Part shown: piece by piece, positions 50,252-58,564 of the stretch | Layout: every line of letters starts with the position of its first letter | Numbering within the stretch: position 1 is the first letter of the stretch | Virus record (IMG/VR): IMGVR_UViG_3300029305_002828 | Coordinates: 1 to 64,000 of that record | Origin: a virus | Taxonomy: Duplodnaviria; Caudoviricetes | Length of the DNA stretch: 64,000 nucleotides | Reading direction: 5' to 3' (one strand) | Position numbers and translations under genes: made by a program | Notes under the pieces: generated by a model | Told to the model about the DNA's origin: nothing | What the model saw: the letters and a program-made list of their open reading frames with translations, nothing else | Databases searched by the model: none

Positions 50252-51436
50252 ATGTCACAATTGACTAATGACCAATACGTTGCCTCTTCTAAACTTGAAA
50301 AATGGTATCGTAAATATAACCACCAGATCATAGAAATTTCAGCAGTTGTAGGTACTGGTGTTTGGGATCTAATTCAGAAGTTTATTGATGATGAAGAATT
50401 TGATCCTCGAGAAGTTATGTATTTATCATATAACCAGAAGCAAGTTCTAGAAATGGCAGCGAAACGTTACCATACATACTATATCAATGGAATAATATAT
50501 AATTACACACGTATAGTAGATTTTGATACACTTCCAGTTATCAATCATACTTCTAAAGAATTAAAATATGAATGGAAAAAGGAAGTAAGAAAAAAGATTG
50601 ATAAACGATATAAGTTGATGGTGGTATTTGACTCAGTATTATTAAATGAAAGAACATTGACTGATCTCTGTTCTTTTGGATTGCCGATAATACTGATAAG
50701 AGATCCGATGCTGTTGCCAGCACCGGACTCTTATACATATTTTCATGATCCAAATATAATACTAAGAGAACCTCATCCTGATTACATTCGTAATCCTTTA
50801 AATTACTTTGCTCATAAAGTTCTTAAGGATGAAACTTTTACACCTGGTAGCTATGATAATGTTACAGTTGTACAACGTAAACAGATGAATCTTTACAATC
50901 TTAAATCCTCTGATATGAATATCACTCTTACTGATGGATTAAGACATAATGTAAATCGAATGTATCGAGATCGAATTATGAAATGTAAAGACTCAGTCAA
51001 TGTTCCTAATGAGAGATTAATTGTTACAAGTGATATGTATGGACATCGGATTGTAAATCAAGATGAAAAGAATATTAAAGTTTATCTACGTAGAGGTGTA
51101 GTAGGAAATATTACCAGGATTTATAAACATGCTGAAAGTACAAGATTTGTACATTTTGAGTTTAAACCTGAATTTTACTTTGAACCTTTTGAAGATTTAA
51201 CTTTAGATAGATTCCATCTTAACAGAATAATTTACAATTCTAAACAACAGATTCCTGATGAATATGTACAGATGGAATATGCATATGCATTAACACCATC
51301 ACTTGCAAGATTGAGTCATTGGGATAAAGTTACAATGATTCTTGATCCAGTTAACGATGTAGACCCAGCAATACTTAAGTCAATGATTTATACAGGAATT
51401 ACTAGAGCAAAGAAATCCCTAACTCTCATTGTTTAA
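50252..51436 (+). CDS. Degenerate Dda/RecD2-like SF1B helicase homolog
   Basis: Motif VI YTGITRAKK intact; Walker A reads AVVGTGVW, Walker B VFDS, motif V YAYALTPSLARLSHW. Confidence 0.7.
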   Translation: MSQLTNDQYVASSKLEKWYRKYNHQIIEISAVVGTGVWDLIQKFIDDEEFDPREVMYLSYNQKQVLEMAAKRYHTYYINGIIYNYTRIVDFDTLPVINHTSKELKYEWKKEVRKKIDKRYKLMVVFDSVLLNERTLTDLCSFGLPIILIRDPMLLPAPDSYTYFHDPNIILREPHPDYIRNPLNYFAHKVLKDETFTPGSYDNVTVVQRKQMNLYNLKSSDMNITLTDGLRHNVNRMYRDRIMKCKDSVNVPNERLIVTSDMYGHRIVNQDEKNIKVYLRRGVVGNITRIYKHAESTRFVHFEFKPEFYFEPFEDLTLDRFHLNRIIYNSKQQIPDEYVQMEYAYALTPSLARLSHWDKVTMILDPVNDVDPAILKSMIYTGITRAKKSLTLIV

Positions 51437-52722
51437 GTAGAGCATTTCTTTAATGCAATACGAGAAGAAGGAGACATATATCCCTCAGATTCAATTAAGA
51501 AGAAATGATATGCATAAGCAATACGATATTTAAACTTACCATACTTTTCTTGCTTTAAAGTTTCATCGAATACTAACTGGAAGATCTTATTAGGAGAGAA
51601 AGCACTAATATCCCAGTTCTCACCATTAATATAGAAGATAACTTCATTCTCTTCCATACGTGCTTTCATAATATCAGCATTGTATTTATTATCACTCTTC
51701 GTATTGTAGACAATCGTTTCATTACGTTGATTGATATAAGATTGATCTGCATCTTCAATATTAATGGCTGTATCATCAGTAATAACTACTTTAGCTTCAC
51801 TACCAATATGCTCGTTATTAGTTTCAGTAAATTTCTGAGTACTAATATCAGCATCTGATAGAGCAACGTAGTTTACTTTCTCTCCTTCCTTTCTAATCAT
51901 ACCGTTACCAGGAACTGTATTCTCGATTGAGGTAACTACAAAAGTAGTTTCAACCCATTCACCTTCTCGTTTAGCAGTTACTTTATCGCCAGCACTATTG
52001 AGTATGTATAGGGTGTCTATATCATAAAAGATAGTTGCACCCTTCTTATAGATTCCATAGTATTGGTCCATATAGATTAATGCTTTATAAGCAGGATGAG
52101 CAGGCATAATTAATTCTTTATATACTTCATCATTCTCTGCTTTACTCATTAACACTTTTTTATGTTTAGTAGCTGTAAGTAAACGACCAATGAATTGTTG
52201 AATGGTATTTTCAGTATACACTTCGTTGTATACTTTATTGGATGCATCTAATAATTCACGATTGAATAAGTATAGCGGTACAATGTTCTGAGATTCATAA
52301 TAGTTTTCACTCTCAAGATCATTGAGTTGGAAATCTTCACTCTGATTCTGTTCAAGACGTGCTTCCATAGCTTGTACGTCAACAGATTCATCATCATCGT
52401 TCAGATAGATAGAGAATTCACAGTTCCATACAAGCTCAGGAGATGTATTGAACATTTCAGTATCTACATCCATGCCGATTTTGTTCAATTCAAACTTGCA
52501 TACAATATCACGTTTGTTTTTAAGTATCCAAAGTCTCTTACGTATATCTAATCGTAATACAACTTTAAGGATTGCTCTGATATTAAATTCATAATCACAG
52601 AGATATTCAACTGAAAGAATATTAGTAGCATCCAGTTCAATTTTTTCATCTTTCATCATAAGTACCATGGTTGGTAGCTTATACTTACAAAGGTATCGTT
52701 TAGTGTTAGCATCATCAATCAT
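51433..52722 (-). CDS. Hypothetical protein, possibly baseplate hub-like
   Basis: About 430 aa, beta-rich; C-terminal WDISAFSPNKIFQL...YRIAYAYHFF resembles the end of hub proteins (weak). Confidence 0.4.
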   Translation of the reverse strand: MIDDANTKRYLCKYKLPTMVLMMKDEKIELDATNILSVEYLCDYEFNIRAILKVVLRLDIRKRLWILKNKRDIVCKFELNKIGMDVDTEMFNTSPELVWNCEFSIYLNDDDESVDVQAMEARLEQNQSEDFQLNDLESENYYESQNIVPLYLFNRELLDASNKVYNEVYTENTIQQFIGRLLTATKHKKVLMSKAENDEVYKELIMPAHPAYKALIYMDQYYGIYKKGATIFYDIDTLYILNSAGDKVTAKREGEWVETTFVVTSIENTVPGNGMIRKEGEKVNYVALSDADISTQKFTETNNEHIGSEAKVVITDDTAINIEDADQSYINQRNETIVYNTKSDNKYNADIMKARMEENEVIFYINGENWDISAFSPNKIFQLVFDETLKQEKYGKFKYRIAYAYHFFLIESEGYMSPSSRIALKKCST

Positions 52723-52815
52723 GACAATAACTCCTTTCATAGAAATATGTATAAGTAGTTATATTATTGACCTAAAATTAAAATTTATTTAATAAGTATA
52801 GAAAGGAATGATATC

Positions 52816-53766
52816 ATGAGTCGTTTAATTAAAATGAAAGACAGAGTGTCTACTATTGATACTCATAATGGTGGATTTCGTGGTGAAGTAATCTTTGGTA
52901 TCGGTAAAAAAGAGATTCCATTTATTGATCCATATGGTAACCCTGCATATAGAACTGAATTTGATAAAGTTTTATACAGAGATGAAAACATTGTTCCCAT
53001 TGGTGGTTACCAATTCGCATTTAATAAGTTATTCAATATTGGATTAGATAAGGAAAGTACTCTCCGTGTTGGTGACTTAAATGACGAAGCTCCTCAGATG
53101 AAGATTGGTGTTCAAAGATCTGAATATCAATCTCTCAACTATAATGCAGAGACTAACTTAAATGGCATCAATGTTCCTCTGAATGGTCCTGTTAATATTT
53201 CTGCAATGAACTTCATTTTTGGTTTTATGATCGGTGATGGTGGCGCCCGTGAAGATAACATGACTGCTATTGCTCCTGACTATAAGAGACGTAGTTTATT
53301 TAGAGCTATTCCATTTCGTATGAGCAATGATGGTTATCCTATGCCTGAAGGTAAGTACTTTGGTAAAGTTGATTCTTTCCATGGGGTAGGTGCTGGATCT
53401 ACTGTTACTTCTTACTATGTTAAAAAGTTTGATAATCCTGCTCCTCGAATTGTACATAGTTGGGTAACTGATAATCCTAATGAATTAACTATTGTGGATG
53501 ATACAGTATTTGCATCTACTTCTTCTATGGCAATTGAATCTTATGTTGAAATGAATATTTCCGTAAGTGAATATGATGGTAGAGGTTTCTTTACTTCTAG
53601 TAATGCTAGTCCTAGAGTAAATGAATTTGGTCTGGTAAGTGGTTGGTATAATGTGGATAAGAATGATTATGAATCTCTTCGTTTGTTTACCCACTTTACT
53701 CGTCCTAGTCTTGCTCTAGCTGAGAATGATTCTATCGAAGCAATTTATAGATTATACGCAAGATAA
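52816..53766 (+). CDS. Probable virion structural (baseplate/tail) protein
   Basis: ENIVPIGG, FMIGDGG, IPFR, YYVKKF, RVNEFGLVSG, IYRLY pattern typical of baseplate-wedge/tail-collar proteins. Confidence 0.55.
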   Translation: MSRLIKMKDRVSTIDTHNGGFRGEVIFGIGKKEIPFIDPYGNPAYRTEFDKVLYRDENIVPIGGYQFAFNKLFNIGLDKESTLRVGDLNDEAPQMKIGVQRSEYQSLNYNAETNLNGINVPLNGPVNISAMNFIFGFMIGDGGAREDNMTAIAPDYKRRSLFRAIPFRMSNDGYPMPEGKYFGKVDSFHGVGAGSTVTSYYVKKFDNPAPRIVHSWVTDNPNELTIVDDTVFASTSSMAIESYVEMNISVSEYDGRGFFTSSNASPRVNEFGLVSGWYNVDKNDYESLRLFTHFTRPSLALAENDSIEAIYRLYAR

Positions 53767-53887
53767 GTAATAAATAATAGAGGGGCTTGTATAGCCCCTC
53801 TATTTAATTTTTTAAGACACATTAATAAAGTGGAAGGTGACCTCTGTCAAATTTCAAATATAATAAAAGTAAAGGAGATGTATAAAA

Positions 53888-54508
53888 ATGAAACCGACAC
53901 CGAAACGTTCGATCTTTAATATGGAAACATTATTGATCGTCCTTATTGCATTCTGTGTAGTTTTCCTTAATGGGTACACGACGAACAAGATTCAAGAACT
54001 AGAATCATCGGCGAATGGAGCAATGTTTGTACAAGAGGATATTATTTATCCTGAAAGTGACATGTTGGCAGAAGAAATTGTTAAATATCGGCCTGGGTCG
54101 TGTAAGATGATTGAAATGTATAACGCTGATTTAGAATTGTTATTTGCAATTCAATTTAATGATGCAAATCCAATTCATAGCGATAACATTATTGATCATC
54201 CAGAACTTGTTAAATTGCTAACAGAAAATGTCGAAGGACGAACTACAATTGAGACAGAAGAATATAAAGAAGAGATACATTTTCAATGGATTCAAAATGA
54301 TCATGGAGACGAACGACTAGTTATAGTGTATAGCTCAGTTGAACTTGTAAGATATCTTTGGGTATTCCAACTCATGTGTTATCTCATTCTAGTATTGGTA
54401 TTTGTTCTTTTAATCAGATTACATTTAATAGATTATAGACGTACTGTTAAAAGATATGAAGTGACAACAAAAAATACTCAGAATGAGCTAGTGAGTGGGA
54501 GATATTAA
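53888..54508 (+). CDS. Two-TM membrane protein with an extracytoplasmic Cache/PAS-like domain and no output domain
   Basis: TM at about aa 13-30, about 125-aa loop, TM at about aa 157-180, short tail. Confidence 0.55.
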   Translation: MKPTPKRSIFNMETLLIVLIAFCVVFLNGYTTNKIQELESSANGAMFVQEDIIYPESDMLAEEIVKYRPGSCKMIEMYNADLELLFAIQFNDANPIHSDNIIDHPELVKLLTENVEGRTTIETEEYKEEIHFQWIQNDHGDERLVIVYSSVELVRYLWVFQLMCYLILVLVFVLLIRLHLIDYRRTVKRYEVTTKNTQNELVSGRY

Positions 54509-55202
54509 TGCTCAAAAAAATTTACACAGAAAGGTTGTGTTATCCTATATGGACGAAAAGAATTCCACACAGAAGATAAAATCTAAAGGTAAATTAGGTT
54601 TTATAAGATATGAAATATTACTAATGTTAGGAATCATCGTATGTCTGTCATATATGACTATGTATGAATCCATGGTACATAGATATAGTGCAATCAGTGC
54701 ATCCCCGGCTGGAAATCTTGCGATTATTCATGATCAAGATACAGCTAAAGCATATAAAGAAATCGGCTGGCCTATAGTTGAATTCCATCATGACTCTACA
54801 CAATTTGTTACTATGTATGGCCAGGATCAAGAAGAAATATATCAACTTATGCTTGGTAATATTCTTGATATGCATGAAGATATTAATGGACTTAAAAACT
54901 GGTGGCCTATATTTAATTCTAGGGATAATGGACATATAGACCTGCGACCAGACGGCGTTAACATGATAATTAACTACAAATGGCTAAACTTCGAGGATGG
55001 TACTAGGTATTTGCTAGTATATAATACTGACATTAAAATAGATACCATGCTTAATGCATTTAGTATTGTATCTTACGTTGCTATGATTCTCAGTTTTGTG
55101 ATGTTAGGTAGTATTATATACTGGAGATGGTTTAGCCTTATTAATAAATATAAAGCCATCAACGCCCAAGTGCAGGATATTATTTCCCAACAAGTGAGGT
55201 GA
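54495..55202 (+). CDS. Two-TM membrane protein, paralog of the upstream gene
   Basis: Same topology; NYKWLNFEDGTRYLLVYNT versus HFQWIQNDHGDERLVIVYSS. Confidence 0.55.
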   Translation: MGDINAQKNLHRKVVLSYMDEKNSTQKIKSKGKLGFIRYEILLMLGIIVCLSYMTMYESMVHRYSAISASPAGNLAIIHDQDTAKAYKEIGWPIVEFHHDSTQFVTMYGQDQEEIYQLMLGNILDMHEDINGLKNWWPIFNSRDNGHIDLRPDGVNMIINYKWLNFEDGTRYLLVYNTDIKIDTMLNAFSIVSYVAMILSFVMLGSIIYWRWFSLINKYKAINAQVQDIISQQVR

Positions 55203-55245
55203 TGTCTATGCACAAATTTTATAAATGAAAGGAGGATGATGCGTT

Positions 55246-55665
55246 GTGGACCAATATCTTTCCACTGTTATCATTGCACTAATAACTGGCGTCTTCTCAG
55301 TTATTACTCTAATCATCCAAAAGAAGCAAGATAAAGTTATAAGTAAAATTGATGAACAAACGACTTTTATAGATAGAGAGAAAAGTCTCAAGCAGAAGCT
55401 AGCCCAAAAAGAAAAAGAAAGAGAACTATTGATTCAAGATATGATGATTCTTATTCTTGATACCAATATTTATATATTAAAGAATTCTAATATTGGCGAT
55501 GGTAATCTTTCTATAGAAGAAGTATATAAAGAATCGGATAAACTCAAAGAGAAATTTAAAGCACTCAGTGAAGAAATCGCTGAGATTACTAATGAATATG
55601 CTCTTGTTCTAGATATCACTAATGAGGTACAACGTGGGTTAGAACGGAGTAATCCGAAGAAATAA
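55246..55665 (+). CDS. Holin-like protein (N-terminal TM plus coiled coil)
   Basis: STVIIALITGVFSVITLII then a charged coiled coil; AAGGAGG RBS. Confidence 0.5.
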   Translation: MDQYLSTVIIALITGVFSVITLIIQKKQDKVISKIDEQTTFIDREKSLKQKLAQKEKERELLIQDMMILILDTNIYILKNSNIGDGNLSIEEVYKESDKLKEKFKALSEEIAEITNEYALVLDITNEVQRGLERSNPKK

Positions 55666-55672
55666 TACTTCA

Positions 55673-55707
55673 TTATTAAGTCCAGGGGATTCCCCTGGAC
55701 TTAATAA
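55673..55707. terminator. Long palindromic terminator
   Basis: ATTATTAAGTCCAGGGGA/TCCCCTGGACTTAATAAT. Confidence 0.75.
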
Positions 55708-55854
55708 TTTTATTTATATATTATTACAAGGAAATGTAAGGAATATTATATCATCTTCGGGACCAATACGTATATTAAAAATATTTCAGCAATATACTGA
55801 AGATGTAAGATATCCCTAACATGGAAATCTATTAATCTAAGGAGGAATACTCAC

Positions 55855-56421
55855 ATGAAAACTGTCAACGAGACTCTAGGCAAGATCAAGGGCGAAGGTA
55901 AGATCGACGAGGTTATGACCGGTAAGGGTGCATTCAGCAAGGTTGGTTTTTCTGATACCGTTAATGCACTGGTAAACGATACTACCTTCAAGGTAAAGAC
56001 CTACGGCAAGGACGGCAAGGTAAACGGCGAGGTTAACCTGAGTGAACTGATTCGTTCCGACCTGAAGAAGACCGTTGCAAGTGCCAAGTATCCTCAGAAG
56101 TCCGAGGCTGCTGTTCTCGACACTGTTGATATCTGCACTAAGGGTCTGGCTGAGGCCATTCCTTACATCGTAATGGAGCAGATGAAGGCTGGTAAGAAGT
56201 TTGATCTTCCTGCACAGGCTAATGTGTCTGGTAGCATTTACCTTGCTAATGTTCCTGGTAAGGTTAAGGAAATTCAGATCCGTGATCCTAAGACTCAGCA
56301 GAATCTGGGTTCTGCTACTATCACTACTAAGGATAGTGTTCAGATTCGTGCTAAGTCTCCTGTTCCTGCTCATCTGCAGTCCAAGGTCCGCAAGGATCCC
56401 AATGGTAAGGTAATCGGCTAA
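55855..56421 (+). CDS. Abundant basic DNA-binding protein, HU/IHF-like
   Basis: Lys-rich, strongly biased codons; MKAGKKFDLP...IRDPKTQQ resembles the HU beta-arm (RNPKTGE). Confidence 0.5.
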   Translation: MKTVNETLGKIKGEGKIDEVMTGKGAFSKVGFSDTVNALVNDTTFKVKTYGKDGKVNGEVNLSELIRSDLKKTVASAKYPQKSEAAVLDTVDICTKGLAEAIPYIVMEQMKAGKKFDLPAQANVSGSIYLANVPGKVKEIQIRDPKTQQNLGSATITTKDSVQIRAKSPVPAHLQSKVRKDPNGKVIG

Positions 56422-56452
56422 GAAACAGATTATCTCAATGGAGATTACCACG

Positions 56453-56587
56453 ATGAAAAAGAATGAAATCTATGATATCTCTTTAGATGAAAATTCTAAA
56501 GATGATAAATCATATGAAAATGATAACCTCAATGACGTAGATGTTGAAGAGGTTTCCATGGGTATAGAGGTAGCAAGACGAGGTTAA
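56453..56587 (+). CDS. 44-aa acidic peptide (not in the ORF track)
   Basis: MKKNEIYDISLDENSKDDKSYENDNLNDVDVEEVS...; GGAG upstream. Confidence 0.4.
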   Translation: MKKNEIYDISLDENSKDDKSYENDNLNDVDVEEVSMGIEVARRG

Positions 56588-56616
56588 CCACATCATAAAA
56601 AAGGATGTGATGACCT

Positions 56617-56859
56617 ATGTATCTGACTGAAGAAAAAGATAGGATTGCTTCTTACTTCAAATATCCATGTGAAGTAATAAAGACTCGTGGTACTCAGGAA
56701 GGGATAATTCTCAAGTTCGCCACATTCTACCTAAAGATTTACGATGATAATGTTGAAAACATGTATATCGTTGAAGGATACAGGTATGATAATACAGCTC
56801 TAGTCTTTCGAGATAGAGTTGCTGGTAACCGAATGAGAGAATATGCTGCGCAGTATTAG
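56617..56859 (+). CDS. Hypothetical protein
   Basis: 80 aa, RBS, followed by a terminator. Confidence 0.6.
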   Translation: MYLTEEKDRIASYFKYPCEVIKTRGTQEGIILKFATFYLKIYDDNVENMYIVEGYRYDNTALVFRDRVAGNRMREYAAQY

Positions 56860-57029
56860 CTGCTAACCTACATATGATAAGAAGGAGCTAAATGCTCCTT
56901 CTTATCATATTTTTTATTACCTATATAACAATAATATTAAAGTTGCCTTATGTGGGCAGCGTTGACTATTATATCGCTTTATTGCCTTGCGAAAAATGAT
57001 TATAAGTATTTATAGGAGATGAATTTATT

Positions 57030-57875
57030 ATGTATACGAGAAACATTTCAGAACTTATAAAACGAATATGCATCGTCGTAGCAGTTATTGTATTAATGGC
57101 AGTCAACATGAGTAGCAATGTGGTCAAGACAGGATATGCTTTAGAGATCCCTCATGATGTTGTATCTAATGTAGTCTCACCTGCTGTATCATTTATGATG
57201 AAACCATTTCTAAACAATAACCCAAGAGCAATGGCTGAGATAGTAGTTAATACTGTTAATCCAATAAGAGAAGAATTTGTAGAAAGTATTGAAAAAAAGA
57301 TTATAATCAGTGAGATTATGGAGCATGAGCATGCCGAGGTACAGGCAGAAAATGTGGAAATTGAAACAGTATTAACCGAATCAGTGGTTGTTGAAGAAGT
57401 AATAGTTGAAGAGCCTGTTGTCTCTGAACCTATAGTGGTATCAATTGAATACCCAATTGCATCACTAAATGAAATTAGTATTACAGAGACATATGACTTT
57501 AGTTCAGTTCCACTAAGTGAGGAACTAATGCAAGCAACAATTGATCATTGTGATAAATTTGGTATACCAATTGCTATTGCATTAGGACTTATGGATGTGG
57601 AAAGTGATTTCATCACTACTGCTGGTTCTCAATCTGGTTGTTATGGTTTGATGCAGTTAAACCATAAATATTTTGATGTATATACCGAACCTGCTCAGCA
57701 AATACATGATGGACTAGAGTACTTATCTAGTAACCTAGAGAAGTGTGATGGTGATATGATGTTAGCATTGAATATCTATAATGCTGGTCATATTACTGGT
57801 AATATGAGCTATTCAAATAAAGTTATGAATGACGCAGCTAAATGGTCTGAGATTACTGGAGCGCCGATGGTGTAA
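57030..57875 (+). CDS. Lytic transglycosylase (SLT domain) with N-terminal signal/TM
   Basis: LMDVESDF, GCYGLMQLN, ALNIYNAG. Confidence 0.88.
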   Translation: MYTRNISELIKRICIVVAVIVLMAVNMSSNVVKTGYALEIPHDVVSNVVSPAVSFMMKPFLNNNPRAMAEIVVNTVNPIREEFVESIEKKIIISEIMEHEHAEVQAENVEIETVLTESVVVEEVIVEEPVVSEPIVVSIEYPIASLNEISITETYDFSSVPLSEELMQATIDHCDKFGIPIAIALGLMDVESDFITTAGSQSGCYGLMQLNHKYFDVYTEPAQQIHDGLEYLSSNLEKCDGDMMLALNIYNAGHITGNMSYSNKVMNDAAKWSEITGAPMV

Positions 57876-57889
57876 AGGAGGAAACATAC

Positions 57890-58030
57890 ATGGATCCAAA
57901 TAAAGTTGAATATCCTTGTCCAGAACATAATAACGAGTTGACCACTATTGTTGAATGTGTAACCTGTGATAAATGTCTTGGTTGTGATGTGTATGCTACG
58001 ATGCTTGACGAAGTTTACGACATGAAATAA
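57890..58030 (+). CDS. 46-aa Cys-rich peptide (not in the ORF track)
   Basis: MDPNKVEYPCPEHNNELTTIVECVTCDKCLGCDVYATMLDEVYDMK; AAAGGAGG RBS. Confidence 0.65.
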   Translation: MDPNKVEYPCPEHNNELTTIVECVTCDKCLGCDVYATMLDEVYDMK

Positions 58031-58067
58031 AAAATAAAGGTGGGGCAATGAACCCCACCTTTATTTT

Positions 58068-58427
58068 TTAATCAACTACTTCAGATTTAGGGTTTTCAAT
58101 TGGAGTAGGATCAGGATTAGACCCACCGAACATACAACCAATGAGTACACCAGCAACAACAATACCAGCAACACCGAGGCCAATGTTACGATTACGAACA
58201 CGATTCTTATAAACCCTTTGCATAATATCCTCAAAGGAATATCTATCGGAATTCAGAAATAGACCATCAGGGATATATACACCTTGATCAGGTTTAATAA
58301 CATCGGGTGTACGAACCTTCTCCATTACTTGATTAAAATTCTTTTTTGTGGGAACCATGCCTTTGGTAACGTAGTCGATGACATCAGTTTTGTACTCGAA
58401 TATCACTCGTTCGGGATTACATAACAT
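58068..58427 (-). CDS. Hypothetical protein with a C-terminal TM
   Basis: IGLGVAGIVVAGVLIGCMFGG; promoter motif at 58480-58492. Confidence 0.6.
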   Translation of the reverse strand: MLCNPERVIFEYKTDVIDYVTKGMVPTKKNFNQVMEKVRTPDVIKPDQGVYIPDGLFLNSDRYSFEDIMQRVYKNRVRNRNIGLGVAGIVVAGVLIGCMFGGSNPDPTPIENPKSEVVD

Positions 58428-58564
58428 ATGAACACATCCTTTCTAAAATATAAGCATTACAATACTCGTATGCTAAGTTATAATATATAATCGAGTAATA
58501 TAAGTGTGAACGAGATTAATAATGAATAAATAACAAAATCTATGAAGAAGGAGGTATATACTCT

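Noticed and set aside
55876-56451. 191-aa antisense ORF (likewise 36094-36579 and 23128-23700)
   Set aside because: Antisense to better-supported genes.
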